64,000 nucleotides of DNA from Acidimicrobiia bacterium (GCA_046714175.1 JBKKBI010000062.1:5344-69343), one strand, 5' to 3'; shown: positions 26,277 to 35,747, counted from the first letter of the stretch. Notes: a model not told the origin generated them from the sequence alone. Numbers and translations are program-made.

Positions 26277-26993
26277 CTACTTGCCTCCCTTCACGACTGT
26301 CCGGCCATACAGGGAGGTCGTCGTAGCCGCGGCCCGGCGTGCGGCGCGCCTGCCCCGCTCCTGCCACTGGTAGGCGATGATCGCGACCGCGGCGACCACC
26401 GTCGTGGCATACCCGGCGACGATGATGTCCTTGAGGGTGCCGTAGGAGAGCGACACGTTGTTGTTGAGCACCAACCACTTGGGCACGGTCAGCAGGATTC
26501 TTCGCTGCGACCAATCGAGTGTCCCCTGCGCCAGGTTGAGCCACTGGTTGGGCACCACACCGAGGAGGATCAGCATCTCCAGGGTGAAGATGAAGGCACC
26601 CACCGTCGCCAGCGCCCAGGTCAACTTGCGGCCGTAGATCCATCCAAAGACGATTGCCGCCAGCCCGATCTGTGAACCGAGCACGGCGATGGCACCGCCC
26701 GTCATCGGCAGTACCCAGCACAGGTCGGGGTTGGTCTCGAAAAACATGCAGCGCGGGACCCAGGAGTAGATCGGTCGGCCTACCGAGTCGGCCACGGGAA
26801 GGGCGGTGAAATGGGCGATGGCCACCCCGAGGGCGAGCAGCAAGAAGCCGACGACGACGCCGATGACGCCGATTCGCCTGCGCTTCTGGTCGGTCACCGT
26901 GCTGTCTCCTTGGGCGGGCAACATCTTACGCCCGTGTCGGCCCCGCCCGATTCCCGCAGGCGCTTGCCGGAGCCGGTCCCCATCGCCCATCGC
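26277..26993 (-). CDS. Membrane protein (about 5 TM), first gene of the cytochrome b operon
   Basis: Start chosen at the ATG at 26991-26993, which is preceded by GGGAGGAG. The 27044 GTG start would overlap the divergent gene. Confidence 0.4.
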   Translation of the reverse strand, partial: AMGDGDRLRQAPAGIGRGRHGRKMLPAQGDSTVTDQKRRRIGVIGVVVGFLLLALGVAIAHFTALPVADSVGRPIYSWVPRCMFFETNPDLCWVLPMTGGAIAVLGSQIGLAAIVFGWIYGRKLTWALATVGAFIFTLEMLILLGVVPNQWLNLAQGTLDWSQRRILLTVPKWLVLNNNVSLSYGTLKDIIVAGYATTVVAAVAIIAYQWQERGRRAARRAAATTTSLYGRTVVKGGK

Positions 26994-27100
26994 CGATGGC
27001 TCCTCCCGGGTATCGATCGCCGGCTCGTCCTCGCCGCGCGACACGACCCCGTAGCCGAACCTCTAACCTCCGACCGGTTCGCGCACGAAGGGATCGGGGA

Positions 27101-28996
27101 GTGGCTTCGGCAGCAGGCAACAACGGGGGGCATGGCAACCCGTCGCGGCTGGCCGGGCTCACCATTCGCCTCTCCTTCCTGATCGCTGCCGCCTTTCTCC
27201 TCGTCGGGCTGGCCCTTGCCGGAGTCGCCGCTGCCCAGCTGGTCTCTCCGGACCTGGTTTCGGGCAACGCGATGCTCTCTTACGGGCGGGTCTTTCCCGC
27301 CGGCACCGCCGCACTCCTCTTCGGCTGGCTGACAGTGGCGTTCGTCGGTGTGTCGTTCCACGCCGTTCCCCGGCTGGTGGGTTCCCACCTGGCGATGCCG
27401 CTCTTTGCGTTCGGTGCCCTCGGTCTCATCGCCGGTGGCGCCGCTGCCGGCGTTGCGATGATCCTCCTGGGAGAAAACGTCGGCGGGCGTTGGCTCGAGT
27501 TCCCGCTCTTCGTCGATGGCGCTCTTGTGGCCGGATATGCCGCGGTCGCCGGCGTGCTCGTGATGACGTGTCGTCGCGGTACCCGAGAAGGCATTCCGCT
27601 TCCCGCTTGGTACCTGGTGGCGGGTTCGGTCTGGCTGCTCTTCGCCCAAGCGGCGGGGGCGATCCCTGGATTGGAGGGACTCGCCGGTGAGGTCCAGTCC
27701 GCCTTCACCGGTGCTGCCCTGTTCGGCATGTGGGCGGCCACCGCCGGCGTCGGGGTGGCCTACACCGTCGCTGCCGGAGCAATCGGTGAGGTGCGGTTCA
27801 ACGAACGGTTGGGGCGGATCGGCTTCTGGTCCCTGGCGTTCATGTGGGTGTGGACCACCGCCCGGGTGCTCCAGTTCGGACCGACCAAGGATTGGATCGA
27901 GACGGTCCCGGTGGTGTTCGGGGCGGGACTGGTGGTCGCGGTACTCGCGATCGCGACCGACTTCGCCGGGGCACTGCGCGGCCGGTGGTCGGCGGTAGCC
28001 GCTTCGCCGCCATTGCAGATGGTCGTTGCTGGTCTCGGCTTCCTCGTGATAGCGGTTGCGACCGCATTTGTCGGAACCATGCGTTCGGGGTCGGCGGTGC
28101 TCCGCTTCACCGCCTGGGACTCCGGCGTCGAGGCCGCGGCGCTCCTGGGCGCGTTCACCCTGTTCGCCCTGGCGGGTATCGCGGCGACGGCGCCGGCGTT
28201 GCGCGGCCGCACCTGGGGAGTCTGGTCGGGCCGAGGGGTGTTGTGGCCGGTGGTGGTGGGCGCCGGGGTTGCGGTGGGCTCGCGATTGATGGCCGGGGTG
28301 CAGCAGGGGCTGTCGTGGCTTGCCGGCGTGCAGACGGGTGAGTATCAGAATTTCGGGGATGGGTTCGGTCGTTCGCTCGCGCCACTGGCCGGTCTCGACG
28401 GCGCCTACCTGGTGGGTGTTGGCCTGATCGCCCTTGGCGCGGTCGGCTTTGCGCTACGCGTCCTGTGGTTGAGCATCGGCGCAAGCCATGGCCACTCGCA
28501 GCCGGTGGTCGGTTTCATCACTCAGCCACTCAGGTCGTTGCTGCGTGGTGCGGTGGCGGTCTTCGCGCTCGGCGCGTTGGGTGCCTTCGCCTTCCCCGCG
28601 GTCGACTCGCGGCCATCGGCTTCTGTGCTGGCGGAGACCACCCGCAACTTTGCCGCCAACCCGGTGGCGGAGTTGGGGCGGGAGGTCTATGTCCGCGAGG
28701 GGTGCTGGTATTGCCACACCCAGCAGGTGCGCCAGGTACGCACCGATCTCGGACTGGGACCGGTTTCGCAGCCGGGCGACTACGCCTACGACCCCGCCGG
28801 TGTCGCCGGGTGGCGGCGCATCGGCCCCGATCTGATGCACACGGGGAGTCGCAACGACACCGCGAGTGCCGCCTGGGTGCGGAACCACCTGACCGATCCG
28901 CGCGCCGAGCATGCATGGTCGGTGATGCCGTCGTTCGAGTATCTCAGTAACGAGGAACTGACGGCGCTGTCGGTCTACGTTTCGGGATTGGAGTGA
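27101..28996 (+). CDS. Polytopic membrane protein (about 12 TM, lacks heme-copper His ligands) fused to a C-terminal CcoO/FixO-like monoheme cytochrome c domain
   Basis: C-terminal ELGREVYVREGCWYCHTQQVR is a CcoO-like CxxCH. The N-terminal 470 aa are hydrophobic with few His. GTG at 27101 (RBS ggggag) was chosen. The track start at 26996 overlaps the divergent gene. Confidence 0.55.
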   Translation: MASAAGNNGGHGNPSRLAGLTIRLSFLIAAAFLLVGLALAGVAAAQLVSPDLVSGNAMLSYGRVFPAGTAALLFGWLTVAFVGVSFHAVPRLVGSHLAMPLFAFGALGLIAGGAAAGVAMILLGENVGGRWLEFPLFVDGALVAGYAAVAGVLVMTCRRGTREGIPLPAWYLVAGSVWLLFAQAAGAIPGLEGLAGEVQSAFTGAALFGMWAATAGVGVAYTVAAGAIGEVRFNERLGRIGFWSLAFMWVWTTARVLQFGPTKDWIETVPVVFGAGLVVAVLAIATDFAGALRGRWSAVAASPPLQMVVAGLGFLVIAVATAFVGTMRSGSAVLRFTAWDSGVEAAALLGAFTLFALAGIAATAPALRGRTWGVWSGRGVLWPVVVGAGVAVGSRLMAGVQQGLSWLAGVQTGEYQNFGDGFGRSLAPLAGLDGAYLVGVGLIALGAVGFALRVLWLSIGASHGHSQPVVGFITQPLRSLLRGAVAVFALGALGAFAFPAVDSRPSASVLAETTRNFAANPVAELGREVYVREGCWYCHTQQVRQVRTDLGLGPVSQPGDYAYDPAGVAGWRRIGPDLMHTGSRNDTASAAWVRNHLTDPRAEHAWSVMPSFEYLSNEELTALSVYVSGLE

Positions 28997-29958
28997 CCAT
29001 GGACGAACTGCTCGCTGCAGCGGCCAAAGCCACCGGGATGTCGGAGAACATGGTCAAGCGGTCCGCTACGGCTCGAGCCAAGGCGCAGGGAACCACGGTG
29101 GAAGCAGTGCTGGCGGAGTGGGCCGGCGTGCCGGTGCCCGCAGCAGCCGCGTCCGCCCCGGCGGCGACCGAGCCGGCGGCGGAGGCTGCGGCTGCGGAGA
29201 CCGCTATCCCCGCCGAGGTCGCGGCCCCCGCTGCGGAGACCGCGGCCCCCACCGAGGTTGCTGAGTCGGAACCCGCCGAGGTTGCTGAGACGGAACCCGC
29301 CTCGGATCTCGAGATCGAAGAGAGCGGGGAAGAGGTCGCGCCGACACCGGCCGCGCCAGCACCTGTGGCCGCGGTGCGCGAGGTGGTGCCGTCGGGTGCC
29401 ATCCCGCGCTGGCTGGCCGGCCTATTCGTCGCGGTGCCGCTATTTGCGCTCACCTATCTCGCCTTCGTTCCCAACGGACCCGCTTGTGGTGATGCCGGTT
29501 CGCTGGCCGTCGACCCTGTCACCGGCGAGATGGTCAATTGCGACGGCACCGCCATCGGCGGCGAGGGGGAGACCGACTATTTCGCTCTTGGCCTCGAGGT
29601 GTATGGAAGCAGTGGCTGCATCGCATGCCACGGCGAGGGTGGCGCCGGAGCCGGCGACTTCCCCGCCTTTACCGAAGGGGCGCTGCTGGCGACCTTCCCC
29701 GAAGGATCCTGTTCCACCCATATCGAGTGGATTCGATTGGGCACTGCGCAATGGCCCGAGCCGACCTACGGCGCCAACAACAAGCCCGTTGGTGGTTCAG
29801 GAGCGGTGATGCCGACCTTTGGCTCGCAGCTCAGCGACGAGGAGGTGAAGGCGGTCGCCCTGTACGAGCGTGTCGCCTTCGGCGGCCAGAGCCTGGAGGC
29901 GGCCATGCTCGATTGCGTCGGAGCCCCGACCGAAGCCGAGGCGGCGGCAGAGGGATAA
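28993..29958 (+). CDS. Membrane-anchored monoheme cytochrome c with an N-terminal module shared with the subunit-IV-like protein
   Basis: CIACHGEGG and VMPTF in the cytochrome c domain. One TM helix. N-terminal KRSATARAKAQGTTVEAVLAEWAG. Confidence 0.7.
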   Translation: MTMDELLAAAAKATGMSENMVKRSATARAKAQGTTVEAVLAEWAGVPVPAAAASAPAATEPAAEAAAAETAIPAEVAAPAAETAAPTEVAESEPAEVAETEPASDLEIEESGEEVAPTPAAPAPVAAVREVVPSGAIPRWLAGLFVAVPLFALTYLAFVPNGPACGDAGSLAVDPVTGEMVNCDGTAIGGEGETDYFALGLEVYGSSGCIACHGEGGAGAGDFPAFTEGALLATFPEGSCSTHIEWIRLGTAQWPEPTYGANNKPVGGSGAVMPTFGSQLSDEEVKAVALYERVAFGGQSLEAAMLDCVGAPTEAEAAAEG

Positions 29959-29985
29959 GCCTCCCGCCTCGGCCGCCCATCGCTC

Positions 29986-30999
29986 CTAGGCACGGACCAC
30001 TTGGGCCACGATCGCGATCGCCTCGTCGATGTCCTTGGTGCTGACTCCGAGGTGGGTCACCATCCGGATGCGGCCCGACAATGGCGATGCGCGCACTCCT
30101 GCTTCCGCCAGCGCGGCGACGAATGCTGCCGCCTCCACTCCCCGCGGTGGGGTGAAGAACACCATGTTGCTCTCTGGGGGAAGCACATCGAGGCGGAGAT
30201 CGGCAAGTCCGGCACCGAGTCGGGCGGCGTTGGCGTTGTCCTCGGCGAGGCGATCGACGTTGTGGTCGAGGCCGTAGAGCGCGGCGGCGGCGAGGAACCC
30301 CGACTGGCGCATCGCCCCGCCGAACAGGTACTTGAACCGGTTGGCCCGGGCGATGAAGTCCGCAGAACCTGCGATGGCCGCGCCGCCCGGTCCACCCAGT
30401 CCTTTGGAGAAGTCGATCCATAGAGCATCTACCGGAGCCGCCCAGCGATTGACCGCGACACCGGTGGCGGCGACGGCGTTGAATACACGGGCGCCATCGG
30501 TGAACACCGAGGCGCCACGGCGGTGCGCCAGTTCTGCCACCGCCCGGTACTGATCGATCGGCCACACGGTGCCGCCGGCAAAGTTGTGGGTTTGCTCGAG
30601 GGCTACCAGGGGAGTGCGGGACACGTAGAGACTCCCCGTGTTGAGCGCGGTCCCGAGTTGATCCGGCGTGAAGTGGCCGTGCTCTCCGACGATGGGCTCG
30701 AAGAAGATTCCCGACAGTGCGGCCGCTCCGCCCCCTTCGGCTCGCATCAAGTGGGCGCGGTGGTCGCACACCACGGCATCTCCAGGCCGGGTGAAGGCCG
30801 CAACGGCCACCTTGTTACACATCGATCCGCTGGGAAGGAAGAGCGCCGCCTCCTTCTCCAACATGGCTGCCACCCGCTCCTCGAGGGCGCTGGTGGTGGG
30901 GTCCTCCCCCAGTTGCTCGTCACCGACCTCGGCCGCAGCCATCGCGGCCCGCATCCCGTCGGTGGGGAGGGTGTGAGTGTCGGAGAAGAGGTCGATCAT
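29986..30999 (-). CDS. ltaE: Low-specificity L-threonine aldolase
   Basis: MIDLFSDTHTLPTDGMRAAMA...PSGSMCNKVAV...HLMR matches the PLP beta-eliminating lyase family. Internal ATG chosen at 30997-30999. Confidence 0.75.
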   Translation of the reverse strand: MIDLFSDTHTLPTDGMRAAMAAAEVGDEQLGEDPTTSALEERVAAMLEKEAALFLPSGSMCNKVAVAAFTRPGDAVVCDHRAHLMRAEGGGAAALSGIFFEPIVGEHGHFTPDQLGTALNTGSLYVSRTPLVALEQTHNFAGGTVWPIDQYRAVAELAHRRGASVFTDGARVFNAVAATGVAVNRWAAPVDALWIDFSKGLGGPGGAAIAGSADFIARANRFKYLFGGAMRQSGFLAAAALYGLDHNVDRLAEDNANAARLGAGLADLRLDVLPPESNMVFFTPPRGVEAAAFVAALAEAGVRASPLSGRIRMVTHLGVSTKDIDEAIAIVAQVVRA

Positions 31000-31143
31000 T
31001 GGCTTTCCCGACCCTACCGCGTCAGGGAAAGCCGAGTGGGCGATTGGCAGACAGCAGAAGGCGCCGACGCCATCTGCCACCTGCGATTTGCCGTCCCCCC
31101 GGGCGATGGGATATCGGACGACCGACCTCTACCCTCCGCACCC

Positions 31144-32376
31144 ATGAACCCCTCGGTCCTCATCGTCGGCGGCGGGCCGGCCGGATCGGCCGCCGCCCAT
31201 TGGCTGGCCCGCGACGGCCACGCCGTGATGCTGGTAGAGAAAAAGGAGTATCCCCGGGAGAAGACCTGTGGGGACGGTCTCACCCCGCGGTCCATCCATG
31301 AACTCGCCGAGATGGGGTTCGACTTCGCGGTCGGCGACTTCCACCGCGTGGACGGACTGCGCGCCTACGCGGGCGAGTTGTGCCTGGAGATGCCCTGGCC
31401 GGAGCACCCGGTGTATCCGAGCTGGGGGGGCGTGATCCGGCGCTCCTCGCTCGACTCCCAGGTGGCGTTGCTCGCCGAGAAGCAGGGTGTCATGGTGCGC
31501 CAGCACACTGAGGCTCACCCGCTCCTCGAGGAGGGGCGCATCGCCGCGGTCGAGCTCACCTCCGATGGCGAAAAGGAACTGGTGCATCCCCGTTTCGTCA
31601 TCGTCGCCGATGGTTCATTGTCCCGGTTCGGGCGCGCCCTGGGTGCGATGCGCGACAAGCGTCGTCCCTACGGGCTGGCGGCACGGGCCTACTTCAAGAG
31701 TCCGATGTCGACTGATGGATTCATGGAGAGTCAGTTGAACCTGCACGACGCCGCCGGTCACACCGTGCCCGGGTACGGGTGGGTGTTCCCCATGGGCGAT
31801 GGCACGGTCAACATCGGAGTGGGCGTGCTCTCCACGTTTCACCGCTGGAAGGACCTCAACACCACCACCTTGATGGAGGCGATGGTGCTCTCGGCGCCGG
31901 CTCATTGGCAGGTGACCGCGGCCAGCCAGTTGGATGAGTCCCGGGGTGGCAAGTTGCCGATGGCGCTTTCGGTGGGACCGCTGGTGGGTCGCAATTGGGT
32001 GCTCGTCGGCGACGCCGCCGGTGCGATCAACCCATTCAACGGTGAGGGCATCGCTTACGCGTACGAGACCGGGCGCATCGCCGCTCGCCATGTCGGAGCC
32101 GCCATCGGGTCCGACGATCCCGCTCGGTTGTGGGGATACCACGACGAGATCCACGACACCTACGACGACTACTACCGGGTCGCCCGCGCGCTGGTGCGCG
32201 CCATCGGCCGCCCGGGAGTCATGAGGGCCCTGACCAGCGCCGGGATTCGCAACCGCAGCCTGATGGAATGGACCCTGCGGGTGATGTCGAACCTGCTGCG
32301 CGAGGACGAACGCCACATGGCCGAGACCGTCTACGGGATGATCGAGACGATCGTAAGGGTCGGCCCGGAGCCGTAG
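31144..32376 (+). CDS. Geranylgeranyl reductase family FAD-dependent oxidoreductase (MenJ-like)
   Basis: MNPSVLIVGGGPAGSAAAHWLARDGHAVMLVEKKEYPREKTCGDGLTPRS. Confidence 0.75.
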   Translation: MNPSVLIVGGGPAGSAAAHWLARDGHAVMLVEKKEYPREKTCGDGLTPRSIHELAEMGFDFAVGDFHRVDGLRAYAGELCLEMPWPEHPVYPSWGGVIRRSSLDSQVALLAEKQGVMVRQHTEAHPLLEEGRIAAVELTSDGEKELVHPRFVIVADGSLSRFGRALGAMRDKRRPYGLAARAYFKSPMSTDGFMESQLNLHDAAGHTVPGYGWVFPMGDGTVNIGVGVLSTFHRWKDLNTTTLMEAMVLSAPAHWQVTAASQLDESRGGKLPMALSVGPLVGRNWVLVGDAAGAINPFNGEGIAYAYETGRIAARHVGAAIGSDDPARLWGYHDEIHDTYDDYYRVARALVRAIGRPGVMRALTSAGIRNRSLMEWTLRVMSNLLREDERHMAETVYGMIETIVRVGPEP

Positions 32377-32525
32377 GAGGGGGATGGGGTGAGATAGCGG
32401 TCGCGGAGGGGAGTGTCAGCGTCTCCACACGACCCCGGCCCGGGCTGCGCGTTGGCGCTAGCTCCGCCCCGTTCGATCTCGGCACCGGTCTCAGGAGTCC
32501 CGTGCGCCGCTCCCGCTCACCTCTG

Positions 32526-34067
32526 TCAACCCGACGCGCTGGGCTGCAGGGCCAGGAGGTAGACCGTCTGGTCGGAGATCTTCGTCAGAGTGCCGGAGGC
32601 CGGCTCGTACCTGTGCACCCCTCCATCTTCGGACGACGCGTCTGATGAACAGATCGCACTGCCATCCGTCAGCAGCACGTAGCAATAGGTGTCTGCGTCG
32701 ACCGGCAGCGCGGCAAATGCCTTGGTGTCGTAGGGCATAACCCAGACCGACTCGCCGTCCGGCTTGTACTGCGTCACCAGTAGTCCGTTGCGTTGAATGT
32801 CCAAATAGATTTCACCCTGGTTCTCGGCCACGGTCGGCAAGGGAATGACTGCGCCGGTCTGAACCTCCAGCAGCGCTTGGTAGGTCAGCGGCTCGCCGGC
32901 ATCGGTCGAAATCACCGCATAGGGGGCGTTGGGCTGAGCCGCGAAGCCCTGGTAGGAGTCGCCGTGGCCGACGACTTGCGCCCCGCCGTCCTCGGTCAGG
33001 CGCCAGAAGGACGAAGAGGCAAAGTCGAGCACCAGCAGGCTCCGATCATCGAGCACCCAGCTTGCCAGGCCCCGGTTGACGCTCTTTTCCGGGATGATGT
33101 ATGTCAGCGCCGGTGCGCTGCCGAACACCGGCACCATTGTCAGTGGGCAGTCGTCCCCGCAACCGAAGTCGTAGGTCATGAACCAGTCGCCCGCCAACCA
33201 TCGTCCGGTCGTAGCCGAGGTGGAGTGGCGGCCATTGGTGGCGCGGCCGTCGGCGGCGACGACGTCCCCGGTTCGATAATCCAACCAGACTTCACCGGTG
33301 GCGTCGGCGAAGACGTGGTCGAAGTTCGAGTACGAGTACAACGTCCGGTCTACGCCGCTTGTCAGATCCCGCTCGACCACCCGGGACGGGGTGCCGCTCC
33401 CGCCGGTGGTCACGAATCGCAGGTAGCGACCATTGGCGGAAAATATCGCCGCCCGGTTCAGGTCAGCCACATCGGGGGAGAGGAGTGTGGCCTCTGCCGT
33501 ATCGGAGTTGATCAGGACCGCGGCTTCGGACACACCGTACGGGTAGCGAATCACAACGTGGGGTCCGCTCAACGCGACCAGCCTCCAGGTGTTGTCGGGC
33601 GCGGCCATGTGAACGCTTGGGAAGTCCAGCTCGGTGGCATCGGTTGTCGTCAGCAGGTAGGCGGTCAGCACGCCGTCGTCGATATACATCGTCAGGGCCC
33701 TGTCCAGGGCGACCTGCCACATCATGGCGCTGCCGAGGGTCCTTGGATCGGGGGTGTCCAGCAGAGCGTTGGTTTGCCCGTCGGTGCTGATCGCGACGAT
33801 CTGCGCCGGATCTTGCAGCCATGCCCACACCCACTGCGGCTCAACATCTGGGGTCGACGTCGTGGTGGGCGGGGCCACAGTCGTCACGGAGGTCGATGTT
33901 GGGGACACGGTCGTCGCCGCGCTGGGTGGCGCGGTGGACCCCGTGGCGGCGACCCCACTCACCGTCGGTGAGGTCGTCACCTCACCCAAACCTGCTCCCT
34001 GGCCGCCACAGGCCGCGAGTCCAAGTGCCGTTGCCCATACGACAACGACCACAGACCGAGTCTTCAT
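32526..34067 (-). CDS. Secreted lipoprotein (hypothetical; Thr/Pro-rich linker then a beta-rich domain)
   Basis: MKTRSVVVVVWATALGLAACGG lipobox. Confidence 0.45.
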   Translation of the reverse strand: MKTRSVVVVVWATALGLAACGGQGAGLGEVTTSPTVSGVAATGSTAPPSAATTVSPTSTSVTTVAPPTTTSTPDVEPQWVWAWLQDPAQIVAISTDGQTNALLDTPDPRTLGSAMMWQVALDRALTMYIDDGVLTAYLLTTTDATELDFPSVHMAAPDNTWRLVALSGPHVVIRYPYGVSEAAVLINSDTAEATLLSPDVADLNRAAIFSANGRYLRFVTTGGSGTPSRVVERDLTSGVDRTLYSYSNFDHVFADATGEVWLDYRTGDVVAADGRATNGRHSTSATTGRWLAGDWFMTYDFGCGDDCPLTMVPVFGSAPALTYIIPEKSVNRGLASWVLDDRSLLVLDFASSSFWRLTEDGGAQVVGHGDSYQGFAAQPNAPYAVISTDAGEPLTYQALLEVQTGAVIPLPTVAENQGEIYLDIQRNGLLVTQYKPDGESVWVMPYDTKAFAALPVDADTYCYVLLTDGSAICSSDASSEDGGVHRYEPASGTLTKISDQTVYLLALQPSASG

Positions 34068-34181
34068 ATCTCGGGCAAGGCTAGACCACACCATTGTGAA
34101 CCCCGTGTCCTCAGGTAACAATCGCAACACCCCCCGGCGCCAGGGTGTCGTTCAAGGATGTACCAAGATTCTGTCGCAGGG

Positions 34182-35096
34182 TTAGTGAGCCTTGCCGCGG
34201 CTGAGTAGATAGCCCCCACCGAGAGCCACGAGAACGCCTGCGATTTGGATTGGTTCGATGTGCTCATCGAGGGCAACGACGCCGAGAACCAGCGCGATGA
34301 TCGGGATGATGTAGCCGGCGGTGGCGGCGCGGACGGCTCCGACTCTTCCTATCAGGCCGACCCACATGGCCCACGCCGCGCCCGTACCGATGACGCCAAG
34401 GATCAACAACGATCCGACCGGCACGAACTCGGCTTCAGATTGCGCCATGCCGATGATGCCCAGTGGACTGAGCATGACCGTCGAGACGATCAGAAGCCAC
34501 ATCGTGACGGGGAGCGAACCGTACGTCTGTTGCAACGGTGCGTAGAGCATCGACGCCACGGCGTACGCCAGGACTGCTCCGACCACCATGAATACGCCCG
34601 TTGGCTCGGCCCCTGACCCTCCGAGATCGGGTGCGGTGAGGAGAAATATCCCGAGGAACCCGACGGCGAGTCCGGTCAGTCGTCTACGAGTGGGCCAGGT
34701 CCGTGTCACCGCGGCGGCCAGGGTGGCGCTGAAGATTGGGACGGCGCTGACCAGCATCCCCGCTAGCGCTGAGGGTATTCGTTCCTCGGCAAGCGAAAAC
34801 AGCAGGGCCGGAGCGGCCATCCCGAAAAACGCCGCGACCGCGAGCCGGGGCCAGTCGACCCGGGCCACCGAGCGACGCGCCCTAGAAAGCACCGTGAGGG
34901 CGGCGGCGCCGAGTGCAACCCGCCCGAAGGCGATGGTTCCGGGATCTATCGATCGGAGGGCCAGAGCGATCCAAAGGAACGCCGATCCGAAGATCGACGC
35001 TGCAAGGACAAGTTGTCCCCAGTCGACCAACCGGAAGTCGCCGGTGTCTGTCCCTTCGACCGATTCCGAGATTGAGCGACGCGCCTTCTCAGCCAC
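34182..35096 (-). CDS. DMT-superfamily (EamA-like) transporter
   Basis: Ten TM helices in two EamA-like halves. GTG start chosen at 35094-35096. Confidence 0.6.
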   Translation of the reverse strand: MAEKARRSISESVEGTDTGDFRLVDWGQLVLAASIFGSAFLWIALALRSIDPGTIAFGRVALGAAALTVLSRARRSVARVDWPRLAVAAFFGMAAPALLFSLAEERIPSALAGMLVSAVPIFSATLAAAVTRTWPTRRRLTGLAVGFLGIFLLTAPDLGGSGAEPTGVFMVVGAVLAYAVASMLYAPLQQTYGSLPVTMWLLIVSTVMLSPLGIIGMAQSEAEFVPVGSLLILGVIGTGAAWAMWVGLIGRVGAVRAATAGYIIPIIALVLGVVALDEHIEPIQIAGVLVALGGGYLLSRGKAH

Positions 35097-35252
35097 CGGC
35101 GGGCCGAGGAGCGCCGGAAGTGAACTCCGACAGCCACATGTCTGATTGCAAAGTTGAATCACCCTAGTGAAAGACGATGGGATCGCGCTCTCTGGTGCAA
35201 ACCCACGAGCACTGGCTGAGCGGAGGGCATCGTGTTCTACCCCGGAGGACAA

Positions 35253-35280
35253 GGTGGCCGGGAGGGCCGGAGGGGGAAGA
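35253..35280. repeat. Copy of the G/C-rich REP-like element ggtggcc(c)gggagggccggagggggaa (second copy at 53001-53028)
   Basis: 27-nt near-identical match with a 1-nt indel. Confidence 0.55.
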
Positions 35281-35282
35281 GG

Positions 35283-35747
35283 TCAGCCTTCGCGCACCGC
35301 TTTCTTCAGGAGAGCGCCGATCCGAGCTTCATCGGCGGCACTCAATTTCTTCAACGCGAAGGTTGTCGGCCACATGGTGCCTTCGTCAAGGTTTGCCTTG
35401 TCGGTGAAGCCGAACGTCGCGTACCTCGCCTTGAACTTTTGCGCGGCCTGAAAGAAGCAGAGGGCATCGCCGTCTTTGGCATACGCAGGCATCCCGTACC
35501 AGGTCTTCGGCGAGAGGGTTGGCGCGCTGGCCTTGACGAGGGCATGAAGTCGCTTGGCCATGGCGCGATCCGATGGCGGCATCTCGGCGACCTTCGCCAG
35601 CAGGTCGCTTTCCCCGTCCGCCTTGCCCGAGCCGCGACGCGCCGCCGCCTTCAACTCCTGAGCGCGGTCCCTCATCGCGGCCCGTTCCTCGGCCGTGAAC
35701 CCGTCAGACTTCTGCGTGGCCTTCCGTGCAGGTTTCTTCTCAACCAT
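35283..35747 (-). CDS. DUF1801-family protein
   Basis: 154 aa, Lys/Ala-rich; includes [34 protein letters not shown]. Confidence 0.45.
   Translation of the reverse strand: MVEKKPARKATQKSDGFTAEERAAMRDRAQELKAAARRGSGKADGESDLLAKVAEMPPSDRAMAKRLHALVKASAPTLSPKTWYGMPAYAKDGDALCFFQAAQKFKARYATFGFTDKANLDEGTMWPTTFALKKLSAADEARIGALLKKAVREG

Noticed and set aside
26996-27100. ATG at 26996 as the start of the CcoO-fusion gene and GTG at 27044 as the start of the divergent membrane protein.
   Set aside because: These two starts would make divergent genes overlap by 49 bp. Internal starts with good RBS (ATG 26993 after GGGAGGAG; GTG 27101 after GGGGAG) leave a 107-bp divergent promoter region instead.
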